Shown here one piece after another: positions 46,462-55,182 of a stretch of 64,000 bases of DNA. Below the pieces are notes generated by a model that was given only the letters and a program-made list of their open reading frames with translations, had not been told where the DNA came from and did not search any database. Position numbers and translations under genes: made by a program. How positions within the stretch are numbered: position 1 is the first letter of the stretch; every line of letters begins with the position of its first letter. The DNA lies in the NCBI GenBank assembly GCA_958296385.1, contig OY282494.1, positions 415,416-479,415 of the forward strand, in the 5' to 3' direction. The stretch comes from an uncultured Dehalococcoidia bacterium. GTDB taxonomy: Bacteria; Chloroflexota; Dehalococcoidia; Lucifugimonadales; UBA3495.

Positions 46462-47262
46462 ATGACCGCCCAATCCGGTGACCACACCCGGACCGTCCGC
46501 GAGCAGTTCCGCATCCAGTCTGCTCAGTTTGAGCAGCAGGTCGGCGGCATCGGCAACCGCGCCATCGGCCCCTGGATTCTGGAAAACCTCCCCCTGTCCG
46601 GCGCAGAGTCCGTCCTTGACGTCGCTACCGGCACCGGATTGATGGCCCGCGATTTAGCCCCTCACGTCCGGCACGTCACCGGCATTGACGTCACCCCGGA
46701 GATGCTCCAACAGGCCCGCGACCAATCCGCTGCGGCCGGCCTGTCCAACGTCACTTTTGACGACGGCAACGCGGCGGCCCTCCCTTACGCCGACGACTAT
46801 TTTGACCTGGTAATCAGCCGCATCGCGGTGCATCACTTCGCCGACCCGGTGGTAGAGCTGTCCGAAATGCGCCGGGTCTGCAAGCCCGGCGGCAAAGTCG
46901 TAATTGTTGACATAACCGCCTCCGACGACCCCACCCAAGCCGACGCCCACAACCAACTGGAACGCCTGCGCGACCCATCCCATACCACCGCTCTCCCCCT
47001 GTCCGGCCTGACCGCCCTGGCCCAACGCTCCAATCTGGCCGTAGTCCACACCAGCGAAGCCGACGCCATCCGCGATTTGGACGAGTGGATGGACTTGACC
47101 GCCACGCCGCAGGATGTCCGGGAATACATTACCACGGCATTTGAGACGGATGCGGCCGGCGGCGCCTCCACGGGTATGCGGGCGCACCGCGTTGATGGCC
47201 GGTTCAAGTTCGTCCACCATTGGGCCGTGCTGGTCTGCGATACGGGCAAATCCGGCGGCTGA
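46462..47262 (+). CDS. class I SAM-dependent methyltransferase
   Basis: It has motif I VLDVATGTGLMARDLA, and FDLVISRIAVHHF. There is a 3-nt gap after the TPP enzyme gene. Confidence 0.75.
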   Translation: MTAQSGDHTRTVREQFRIQSAQFEQQVGGIGNRAIGPWILENLPLSGAESVLDVATGTGLMARDLAPHVRHVTGIDVTPEMLQQARDQSAAAGLSNVTFDDGNAAALPYADDYFDLVISRIAVHHFADPVVELSEMRRVCKPGGKVVIVDITASDDPTQADAHNQLERLRDPSHTTALPLSGLTALAQRSNLAVVHTSEADAIRDLDEWMDLTATPQDVREYITTAFETDAAGGASTGMRAHRVDGRFKFVHHWAVLVCDTGKSGG

Positions 47263-47302
47263 TTCCGCTGGCCCCGGCAATTCCTTGATAGCTCAATCAT
47301 CT

Positions 47303-48757
47303 ATGGCGCAATCATCCGATGCAGCCCCGGCCAACCGCCGCCGCATCTACCCTCTGAACCCCGCAGAGCTGACGGCAGAGCAGATAGCCGTAACCTTTGC
47401 GCTGACTTCCCGGCGCGCTGAGCCCTTCGACGAAATCGCCCGGGAAGTCAGCGCCGAGCGGGCCGCTGATTTCAACGAGCGGTGGGTCGTCGGCTACGGC
47501 CACGCCTCCGTTGCCGAACACGCCGCCCTGCATCTGGCCGTGGAGAACATCTCCCGCCTCGCCGGCGATGCTCTGGAGGACAACCGGCTGGCCTCTTATA
47601 CCGAGAAATCCTCCCGCTACCAGGTAATTGACCCCGAAAGTTTCTGGGTTCCCGATGAGCTGTCCCCGCATCCCGCCTTGCGCCGGGAATACGTAACCGC
47701 TTGCCGGGGCTTATTCCTCTGCTACGCCGCGTTGCTTGACGGCGTAACCGACCATCTGCAAACGCACCTGCCCCAAAGACCCGGCGAACCGGACGGAACC
47801 TACTCCCTGCGCCGGCGCCGTCTGGCTACCGACGCTTGCCGCGCCATCCTGCCGGCGGCAACCCTCACCAACGTCGGCCTCACCGCCAACGCCCGCACGC
47901 TGGAACACATCATCACCAAGCTGATGTCGTCCCCGCTGGCCGAGGAGCGCGATATTGGCCTGGAACTGCGCAATCAGGGCCGGGAAATCGCCCCCACGCT
48001 GGTCAAGTACGCCGATTACAACCCCTTTCTGGCCCAACGCCGCAGCCCGCAGCCGCCCCCACCAACCGATGCGCCCGCCGCAGCGCCGGCCGGTGTGCGT
48101 CTGCTGGATTACGACCGTGATGCCCCGCGCCGGCTGGCGGCGGCCCTGCTGTTCCGCAGCGGCGGCGATTACGCCCAGGCCCTGGCCACCGCCGACGCCA
48201 TGTCCGACGACCAGCGTTTGGGCGTCATCCACGCCGCCGTCAGCAGCATCGGCCCCCACGATGCGGCCCCCCGGGAGTTTGAGCTGGCCGCCTACACCTT
48301 TGAGTTCACCTTTGACTACGGCGCCCTCCGCGAGTTCCGCCGCCATCGGATGCAAACCTACTTGTCCCAACCCCTGACCGTCGCCCACGGCTATACCATC
48401 CCCCCGCTGGTGCGGCAGGCCGGAATGAGCGACGCGTTCGATGCCGCCGTGCGGATGTCCGAGCAGGTCTTTCGCCGGGTGTCGGACTTTGCCCCCGCCG
48501 CCGCGCAGTACCTGGTAACCCACGCCCACCATCAGCGCATCCTGTCGCGCCTGAGCCTGCGGGAGTGCTGCCACTTATTCAACCTGCGTTCCGCCCGCCA
48601 GGCCCACGAGTCCATCCGGCAGCCGGTACTGGAGGCGATGCGGCAGGCCGTTGCCGTGCAGCCCGAATTGTTCCGCTACCTGCGCCTGCGGGATGTTCCG
48701 GCCTGGTGGCCTTTCGTCCCTGGCGGCCTTTCGTCCGGTGAGCCCTTTGCCGGCTAA
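47303..48757 (+). CDS. tandem-duplicated ThyX-like (flavin-dependent thymidylate synthase family) protein
   Basis: Half 1 has GHASVAEHAALHLAVENISRLAGDALEDNRLASYTEKSSRY and ARTLEHII. Half 2 has REFELAAYTFEFTFDYGALREFRRHRMQTY and FNLRSARQAHESIRQ. The start was trimmed to ATG 47303. Confidence 0.65.
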   Translation: MAQSSDAAPANRRRIYPLNPAELTAEQIAVTFALTSRRAEPFDEIAREVSAERAADFNERWVVGYGHASVAEHAALHLAVENISRLAGDALEDNRLASYTEKSSRYQVIDPESFWVPDELSPHPALRREYVTACRGLFLCYAALLDGVTDHLQTHLPQRPGEPDGTYSLRRRRLATDACRAILPAATLTNVGLTANARTLEHIITKLMSSPLAEERDIGLELRNQGREIAPTLVKYADYNPFLAQRRSPQPPPPTDAPAAAPAGVRLLDYDRDAPRRLAAALLFRSGGDYAQALATADAMSDDQRLGVIHAAVSSIGPHDAAPREFELAAYTFEFTFDYGALREFRRHRMQTYLSQPLTVAHGYTIPPLVRQAGMSDAFDAAVRMSEQVFRRVSDFAPAAAQYLVTHAHHQRILSRLSLRECCHLFNLRSARQAHESIRQPVLEAMRQAVAVQPELFRYLRLRDVPAWWPFVPGGLSSGEPFAG

Positions 48758-48949
48758 CCCGCCCCTGAAACTATGGGTCAGAGCAATCCCGCGTATAGCC
48801 GCAGTTGCGGCAGATAATTTTGCAGCTGCGCTCATGCATCCGCGCACCGCAAATTTCGCAGTCCAGCCCATCATCCCGCCGCACCACTGGCGGTCGTCGC
48901 GTTTCCGCAGCATTGGAGGACATAACCGTCACCTCCATTCCTTTAACCT

Positions 48950-50098
48950 TTAGCGCACTGGGTCCGGCGGCAGCGGCGGCCCGGCGATGATGCGCGCCGT
49001 CAGAAATTTTTTGCCGCTTGGCACTGTTGGCCCGTTCCGCTCGTCGGGAATTAGCGCCACTTCCCGGTAGTCAAAGACCGATTTGTTGGTTTCCAACGAC
49101 TGCACGCTGTTGCCGTCGTCCTCGTTCACCACTATCCGGCCCACCAGCGTTCCCTCCCCGCCGATTCCAAAGAGCATCACCCGGTAGGTATCGGTGGGCA
49201 TCCCCGACACCATCAGCACGGCGTGCTGCCCGCTGGGGTCAACCATCAGCACGCCCCTGGCCTCCGGTTCGGTGCCCATTGGCGACGTCATCGGCAGTTT
49301 CTCCGTTTCCGGCTGCGCGGCAAATATCGTAGCCTCCACCACGTCGGCCATTTCCTGCTTAACCAGCTCAACCGGCTCGGTTTCAAAGGAAACTCCGCCC
49401 GCGCTGGCGCTGGCAGTAGCGGCAAAATCGGCGCTGCCGTCCCGCCCGCCGCCAGCCCTCGCCCCAATAGACCGCACGGAAACCGCCGGCGCGGTGGCAG
49501 ATTGCGAACCGCCGGCCGTAGCCGCGCTGCCTCTGTCATCAACCGTCCCCGCTGTGCCGGCGGCGATGACGGCGTTGCGGGTGGCCATCCCTTCACTCTG
49601 AAACGCCTCCACCAGCGTTTCGGTAGTAGCCGCCGTGGACGCCGCAATCACCTGCTCGGTAGTAATCTGATTGGCGGTGGTTATCTGCTCAATCTCCCGC
49701 TGCTGCTGCGCGATGACGCCGACGGCGGCGGCCAGCAGCAGGCTCAGCGTTCCTATTGCAACCGGCGCTATCCAGCGGCGCAGTCGTCGCAGCGACCAGC
49801 GGGCGTCCGGCGGCGGCAGAGCGGCGCGTTGGGGAACAGCGCCGCCGGGGTTGGTGGCAGCCGACATTGCCCGCGCCTTCAGGCCGGGCGGCAGCAGCGT
49901 TTCGGGCGCGCCGCCAACCAGCCGGGCCGCCGTTTCCTGAAACCCCACCAGCACTTCCTGGCAGTGAAAGCACTGCAACACGTGCCGGGCAACATCCTGA
50001 TACTCCGGCCCGTCCAGCGCGTTCAGCGCAAAGGCGGCCAGCTCCTCCTCCGGATGTTCTGGCCGGTCGTTGCGGCTGCCGTAATTCTCAGGCCACAT
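48950..50098 (-). CDS. anti-sigma factor (zf-HC2 N-terminus, single TM, extracytoplasmic domain)
   Basis: It has HVLQCFHCQEVL and the TM segment WIAPVAIGTLSLLLAAAVGVIA. It overlaps the sigma gene by 11 nt. Confidence 0.75.
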   Translation of the reverse strand: MWPENYGSRNDRPEHPEEELAAFALNALDGPEYQDVARHVLQCFHCQEVLVGFQETAARLVGGAPETLLPPGLKARAMSAATNPGGAVPQRAALPPPDARWSLRRLRRWIAPVAIGTLSLLLAAAVGVIAQQQREIEQITTANQITTEQVIAASTAATTETLVEAFQSEGMATRNAVIAAGTAGTVDDRGSAATAGGSQSATAPAVSVRSIGARAGGGRDGSADFAATASASAGGVSFETEPVELVKQEMADVVEATIFAAQPETEKLPMTSPMGTEPEARGVLMVDPSGQHAVLMVSGMPTDTYRVMLFGIGGEGTLVGRIVVNEDDGNSVQSLETNKSVFDYREVALIPDERNGPTVPSGKKFLTARIIAGPPLPPDPVR

Positions 50099-50660
50099 AC
50101 TCTTCCAGCGCCGCCTTTAATTTTTGCATCCCCAGCCGCATCCGGGTTTTGACCGTGCCCAGCGGCTGATTGAGCATCGTTGCGATTTCCGATTGGCTGT
50201 ATCCGTGCCACGCCGACAGGTACAGCGGGCGGCTCTGCTCCGGCGGCAGTTCCGCCAGCGCCGCCCGCACCAGCTGCGCGTTGTAGCTCTGCTCGACTTG
50301 CTGCTCCACGCTGAGCGTAGCGTCAGGGATGCGATGCAGCACCTCCGCTTCGGCGGGTATGGTTTTGTCCGAGATGCGCCGGCGGGAGCGGTAGATGTCC
50401 ACAATCTTATGATGCGCTACCGACATCACCCACGTCCCCGGCGCCGCCATCTCCGGGCGGTAGCTCGCCGCCTTTTGCCAGATGTTGGCGAAAACATCCT
50501 GCACGGCATCCTCGGCCAGCGACGCGTCGCCCAGTATTGAAACCGCTAACGAGTAGATGCGCTGGGCGAACTTGTCATAAACGGTTTCCAACGCCGCCTC
50601 GTCGCCGCTGGCCACGTCAAATATCAGCTGGACATCCTCACCGCTGCGGTGGTCGTTCAC
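50088..50660 (-). CDS. ECF-type RNA polymerase sigma-70 factor
   Basis: It has region 2 (DAVQDVFANIWQKA) and the region 4 HTH (YSQSEIATMLNQPLGTVKTRMRLG). Confidence 0.85.
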   Translation of the reverse strand: MNDHRSGEDVQLIFDVASGDEAALETVYDKFAQRIYSLAVSILGDASLAEDAVQDVFANIWQKAASYRPEMAAPGTWVMSVAHHKIVDIYRSRRRISDKTIPAEAEVLHRIPDATLSVEQQVEQSYNAQLVRAALAELPPEQSRPLYLSAWHGYSQSEIATMLNQPLGTVKTRMRLGMQKLKAALEEYVA

Positions 50661-50743
50661 GGCCCCTCTCCAAAGTCGCGGACTCGTACAGTCTCCCGGT
50701 CTTGGTTAATTGTACGCCGCCGTTGTCCCGTCGGATTTACCAA

Positions 50744-52096
50744 TCAGACCACCAGACTGTCGAAAATGCCTTCCAGATTGGGCAGGTTCTCCAACGACCA
50801 GATCAGCTCCAGAGCCTGCTCGCACTGCTGCCCGGTAATCGTTGGGCAGGCCAGACGGCGGAACTTGGCGTCCACGTCGGCGTCGCTCAGCGGATTTTTG
50901 CCATGCCCCTTTGGGAAACTGGTAGCGGCAACTTCCGTCTGGCTGTTCCGCTTGATTACCTCAATCCGGCAGTTGTACTCGGACGGGTAGCGCGCCGTGA
51001 ACTCCGCGTTCTCCTCAATCTGCATCTTGTTGATAATCGTGCGCAGCCCCGGTTCGGCGATGCGCTCCGGGCTGAACGTCGCCGGTGTAACCGCCCCGTC
51101 GCGCAGGCCCACCGCCGTCAGAAAGGGGATGCTGTGGTCGGCCGTTTCACGGGTCTGCGGGTCCCATTTCTCCGGCTCCGTGGACGCGCTGCTCACGGCC
51201 GACTTGTACGACTGAATCTTGATTGCCGCAATATCCTCCACCCGAACCCGCTCGTTGAGCTGAATCGCCAGGTCAATTGGCGCCTGCGTGTGAATTTGCG
51301 ACGGGTAGAACTTAAAGATTGTGTCCACGATGCGGAACGGTTCCCCATCGCCGCCCATTGCGTCAATCTCCACCGGATAGCCGATGGCCTGTTCCTCCAG
51401 CCCGCTGCGGCCCCGGAACGGCTCAAACGGCCCCGTCATCCCCTCGGCGGCCAGCTGTGCGGCAAAGATGCCGGCCCGCGTCGCGGCGGCGGCGGCGCAG
51501 CCTTTCCACATTGACAACTCGCCCATCCGCGTTACCCGCAGCGGCACGTTGGGCACCGCCGCCAGCGAGATGGCGTGCCCCATCTGTTCCTCGTCCAGCC
51601 CCATCAGCTTGCCGGCGGCGCACGCCGCCCCGATTACGCTGAATATGCCCTGATCCCACTGGTTCTCCGGCACCCGGTCCGCGATGCGGCAAAACACTTC
51701 GTAGGCCAGCACGATTGACGTTATTAGCGACCGCCCGTCCGCGCCCACGCTGTCCGCCACCGCCAGCGCCGCCGGTATCATGTCGCTGGGATGCCCGCCC
51801 CCCGGCGAGAAGTACGAGTCGTTGCAGTCCAGATACCGCACCATCACGCCGTTGGCGAACCCCGCCATATCCAGCGACGACGATTCGCCGGCGCCCAGAA
51901 TCCTCGCCGGTGTATCGCTGCTAACCCCCCCGGCCAGCCGCCGGGCGATTTTGGCCGGTTCGCTGAGATAGCCGCCAATAGCGCAGCCCAGCGTATCGGC
52001 CACCGTGCGTTTGACCTGATGCACCACCCCCGGCGGCAGGTCGTCGTAATTCAGATTGCAGGCGTAAGAACTGAGCAGCTCGGTTGTGCGGTCCAT
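50744..52096 (-). CDS. MmgE/PrpD-family protein (2-methylcitrate dehydratase-like)
   Basis: The N-terminus (LSSYACNLNYDDLPPGVVHQVKRTVADTLGCAIGG) and overall length fit the family. The start was trimmed to ATG 52096 after GGGAG. Confidence 0.75.
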   Translation of the reverse strand: MDRTTELLSSYACNLNYDDLPPGVVHQVKRTVADTLGCAIGGYLSEPAKIARRLAGGVSSDTPARILGAGESSSLDMAGFANGVMVRYLDCNDSYFSPGGGHPSDMIPAALAVADSVGADGRSLITSIVLAYEVFCRIADRVPENQWDQGIFSVIGAACAAGKLMGLDEEQMGHAISLAAVPNVPLRVTRMGELSMWKGCAAAAATRAGIFAAQLAAEGMTGPFEPFRGRSGLEEQAIGYPVEIDAMGGDGEPFRIVDTIFKFYPSQIHTQAPIDLAIQLNERVRVEDIAAIKIQSYKSAVSSASTEPEKWDPQTRETADHSIPFLTAVGLRDGAVTPATFSPERIAEPGLRTIINKMQIEENAEFTARYPSEYNCRIEVIKRNSQTEVAATSFPKGHGKNPLSDADVDAKFRRLACPTITGQQCEQALELIWSLENLPNLEGIFDSLVV

Positions 52097-52208
52097 AAAC
52101 TCCCTTTCACCCTCTGGCGATTTCGTTTGCTGATTCGGCGGATGCGGACTGGCGGCCCGATTCCGGTCAGGCCCGGTTCCGGTTGGGCCGGATTCCGGTT
52201 GGTTCAGA

Positions 52209-53051
52209 TTAACGCAGCACGGCCTCCGCCATACGCTCCAGCTGCGCTGCCATTTCCTCCTCGGTGTCGCAATGCTCTGGACGCACCACAACCCGGTCAG
52301 CGCCGGCATTGAGAAAGTCCTGCACCAGTTGCCCGTCCGGGTCCTGTTGGAACGCGGTAATGGTCAGCGACTTCGGATCGCGGCCCCGTGCGGCGGCCAG
52401 TTCGTCCAGCCTTTTACGGCTGTCCTCAACCTCGGCGGGGGTGATGCGGTCGGGCAGCCAGCCATCGCCCCAGGCGGCCACCCGCTGCAACACCCGGGGC
52501 GCCATACTGCCCAGCATTACCGGCGGCCCCGGCTGCTGTACCGGCTTGGGGTTCGACTTCACCGGCGGAAAGTCGTAATAAGCGCCGTGATACTCCGCTT
52601 CATCTTTCGTCCACAGCTCCTGCATCACCGCTACCGCCTCCCGCGTTTGCGTCCAGCGATGGGCGAAATCGCCGCCGAATACCTCCAGTTCCTCCCGGTT
52701 CCAGCCGGCGCCGATGCCAAACAGGAACCGGCCCCCGCTGACGCGGTCCAGCGTGGCGATTTCCTTGGCCAGCAGCAGCGGGTTCCGCTCCGGCACCAGC
52801 GTTACCCCCGTGCCCAGCTTGATGCGGCTGGTCGCCCCGGACGCGCGGGCCAGCGCCATGTACGGGTCGGCAAAGTGGGCGTAAGTCAACGGTACTTCCC
52901 CGCCGGACGGGTACGGGCTGTCGCTGTGCACCGGCAGCACGGGATGCTCGGCGTACCAGATTGACTCAAACCCCAGCGATTCAGCAGTGCGCGCCAAGAA
53001 CGCTGCGTCCAGCGTGTAGGTCGGCGGCGGTACGGAAGTGCCAACGGACAT
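52209..53051 (-). CDS. luciferase-like monooxygenase (LLM-class, possibly F420-dependent) oxidoreductase
   Basis: It has GFESIWYAEHP, LGTGVTLVPERNPLLLAKEIATLD and SGGRFLFGIGAGW. ATG 53051 follows AAGGAGAA. Confidence 0.75.
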   Translation of the reverse strand: MSVGTSVPPPTYTLDAAFLARTAESLGFESIWYAEHPVLPVHSDSPYPSGGEVPLTYAHFADPYMALARASGATSRIKLGTGVTLVPERNPLLLAKEIATLDRVSGGRFLFGIGAGWNREELEVFGGDFAHRWTQTREAVAVMQELWTKDEAEYHGAYYDFPPVKSNPKPVQQPGPPVMLGSMAPRVLQRVAAWGDGWLPDRITPAEVEDSRKRLDELAAARGRDPKSLTITAFQQDPDGQLVQDFLNAGADRVVVRPEHCDTEEEMAAQLERMAEAVLR

Positions 53052-53115
53052 GATTGTTTTTTCTCCTTGCGCCGGGAGCGCGGGCGTATATGACAAGCGC
53101 GGTTTGCCGGGGCCG

Positions 53116-55107
53116 TCAGTCGTCGGCGGCAGCAGCGGCGGCAACCCCGGCGATGGCATCGTACTGCGCCCCGCCGTGGCCAACTACCGTCGCCACGTCC
53201 TCCGCCAGCAGATACCCCTCGGCAGCCAGAGCCTCGGCCGCTGCTTTGACGCGGGCCAGATATTCGCCCCGCGAGGCGTAGCGTTCCTCAATTGACGGCC
53301 TCGGGTCGTTAGCCGCCATACGCTCTGCCCTGGTGCCGGCAAAGGGTATGGCGCACCCCACCACCGTGCCGCCCGGAGCCAGCACCTGCCCCGCCCCGCC
53401 GATGTCGGCATGACGCACGTTCCAGCCGGCGTAGGTAGCCAGCGGCACCGACACGGCCGGCAGCCTGATGCCCCCCATCTCGTTGCCGTCCGCGTCCACC
53501 GCCGATACCAGCGACGGGTAGGCAGCGCCCACCAGCGGCGGTATTTTTGATGGCACGGCCCGGTCCGGCCCGAAGTTGAGCCGCCGGATTGCCTTAAGAT
53601 GCTCCGGGAACTCAACGCCCGGCAGGGCCCGGAATTGCCCGGCGAGGCTTTCCGCCGTAACGATGGTATGTTCGGCGTGGTTCGGATACCGATTCCCCGC
53701 CGGCGCCTGCCCATGGGTAACCCAATTGTCCAGATTCACCAGCGCGGCCCGCATCAACGGCCGATAATCTACGAAGTTCAGCGGCTGCGTACCCCGCGCC
53801 CCGGTGTCCGGGTTGGTATCCGAGATTGGCAGACTCGCCGGTGCGTGCTGCGTGCCGCAGAACAGCCAGGAGCGCACGTTGTCCGGCGGTTCCACGTCCG
53901 CCATACCGTCCCCGCTCAGATGCGCCAGCGCGCCGTGCCCGCCCCAATACTCGGACGACGTGTTGGTGTAGATTATTTTGGGCGCCAGCCCCCGCGCCGC
54001 CAGCCGGGTCAAGATGCCCTCGTCCCCCTCCGGGTCTAAGTCCAGGAACGGCGGCAGGTTGTTCACGCTGCGGTTAGACAGACTTGACGGCTGCCCGAAC
54101 CGCACGTTGAACTCCCCCATTTTGCCGCCGGCCACGTTGGGCAGCATCCCATCAAACACCACCCGCCCCGATTCGTCGGCGTTCAGCCCCAGGTGCAGCA
54201 TCTGCCGCAGGAACCGCCCGCTTTGACTGCGCCCGTAGGCATAGGCCCGTCCCACGGCCCCGGCCAGGGGATTGGCGCTGCCGTCGCTATCGGCCTTTGC
54301 GTACCGCAGCCAAGCCACCAGGTCGCGGGTTGCTAGCAATCCCAGCCCCACCACCGGAGCGTGGGATGTTTCGTACAGCACCCGGTACACCTTGCCCGCC
54401 TCAAACCCGCCGTCCATTATGATATGCGAATTGTCGGGAACCCGCCGCCCGTCAACCAGGCGCGCAAACGCCCACCGTTCCCGCGGAATCACCGTCTCCG
54501 GCCCATCCTCGTAATCCTGCACCGTCAACACGGAATCCCAGCTCTCCGGATGGTTGGTTGGATATGGCTGATGCTCCCGGTCCGATAGAAACTGCGTGTC
54601 GGTGTGTGCTATCGGCTGGAACGACACCACAATCCGGCCCGATACCGGCGAGCCGTCGCTGTTGCTGGCGTTGGGCGCGTTGCAGCGCAGCAGCCCCGGC
54701 GTGTTGGGCACGTCGTGCTGCCACCCGCACCATACCAGGCTGTACCCCTGCCGCATCAGAAAGCCGTTGCCCGGATGCGGTGCCGCGTCCGGCGGCCCGT
54801 CCGGCGCATCGTTGATATTCTTCAGCGCCAGTTCCTTGCCCCGGTTCACGACGTCAAGCAGCAGCCGCCCGTTGCCGTGGTCGTTGTCCACCGGCTTGAT
54901 GATGCGAATATCGGCGGAGAACTCCACTTTGCCCGCCCCGTTGCGCGGCGCCAGCCCAACGTCGGCCACGGCGATGTTCTCCGGATGCGACGGGTCAACC
55001 GCAAAGTAAGCCACCCCATCCAGCTGCTCGTACCCGCCCACGCTGCCGAAAGTCTGACCGCCGGCGAACGGGCGCCGCGCGGCGATGTCAAGTCGTGCCA
55101 GTCCCAT
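53116..55107 (-). CDS. large conserved hypothetical protein (663 aa; possibly an alpha/beta-hydrolase-like family)
   Basis: The ORF has ATG 55107 after GAGAGGTGGGA. No catalytic motif was confidently recognised. It lies 71 nt downstream of the CHAT-NTPase-TPR gene on the same strand. Confidence 0.5.
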   Translation of the reverse strand: MGLARLDIAARRPFAGGQTFGSVGGYEQLDGVAYFAVDPSHPENIAVADVGLAPRNGAGKVEFSADIRIIKPVDNDHGNGRLLLDVVNRGKELALKNINDAPDGPPDAAPHPGNGFLMRQGYSLVWCGWQHDVPNTPGLLRCNAPNASNSDGSPVSGRIVVSFQPIAHTDTQFLSDREHQPYPTNHPESWDSVLTVQDYEDGPETVIPRERWAFARLVDGRRVPDNSHIIMDGGFEAGKVYRVLYETSHAPVVGLGLLATRDLVAWLRYAKADSDGSANPLAGAVGRAYAYGRSQSGRFLRQMLHLGLNADESGRVVFDGMLPNVAGGKMGEFNVRFGQPSSLSNRSVNNLPPFLDLDPEGDEGILTRLAARGLAPKIIYTNTSSEYWGGHGALAHLSGDGMADVEPPDNVRSWLFCGTQHAPASLPISDTNPDTGARGTQPLNFVDYRPLMRAALVNLDNWVTHGQAPAGNRYPNHAEHTIVTAESLAGQFRALPGVEFPEHLKAIRRLNFGPDRAVPSKIPPLVGAAYPSLVSAVDADGNEMGGIRLPAVSVPLATYAGWNVRHADIGGAGQVLAPGGTVVGCAIPFAGTRAERMAANDPRPSIEERYASRGEYLARVKAAAEALAAEGYLLAEDVATVVGHGGAQYDAIAGVAAAAAADD

Positions 55108-55150
55108 TGCGTCCCACCTCTCGTTTGCGGGGTAGCTGCTTGCGGTTCCA

Positions 55151-55182
55151 ATGCGATTAGTTTCAGATGCGATTAGTTTCAG
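55151..55182. repeat. perfect 16-bp tandem duplication spanning the stop codon of the CHAT-NTPase-TPR gene
   Basis: ATGCGATTAGTTTCAG occurs at 55151-55166 and again at 55167-55182. Confidence 0.9.

Noticed and set aside
47114-47302. An upstream extension of the ThyX-like ORF that overlaps the methyltransferase gene by about 150 nt
   Set aside because: The extension is low-complexity and overlaps the well-supported 3' end of the methyltransferase in another frame. ATG 47303 lies just after the MTase stop.
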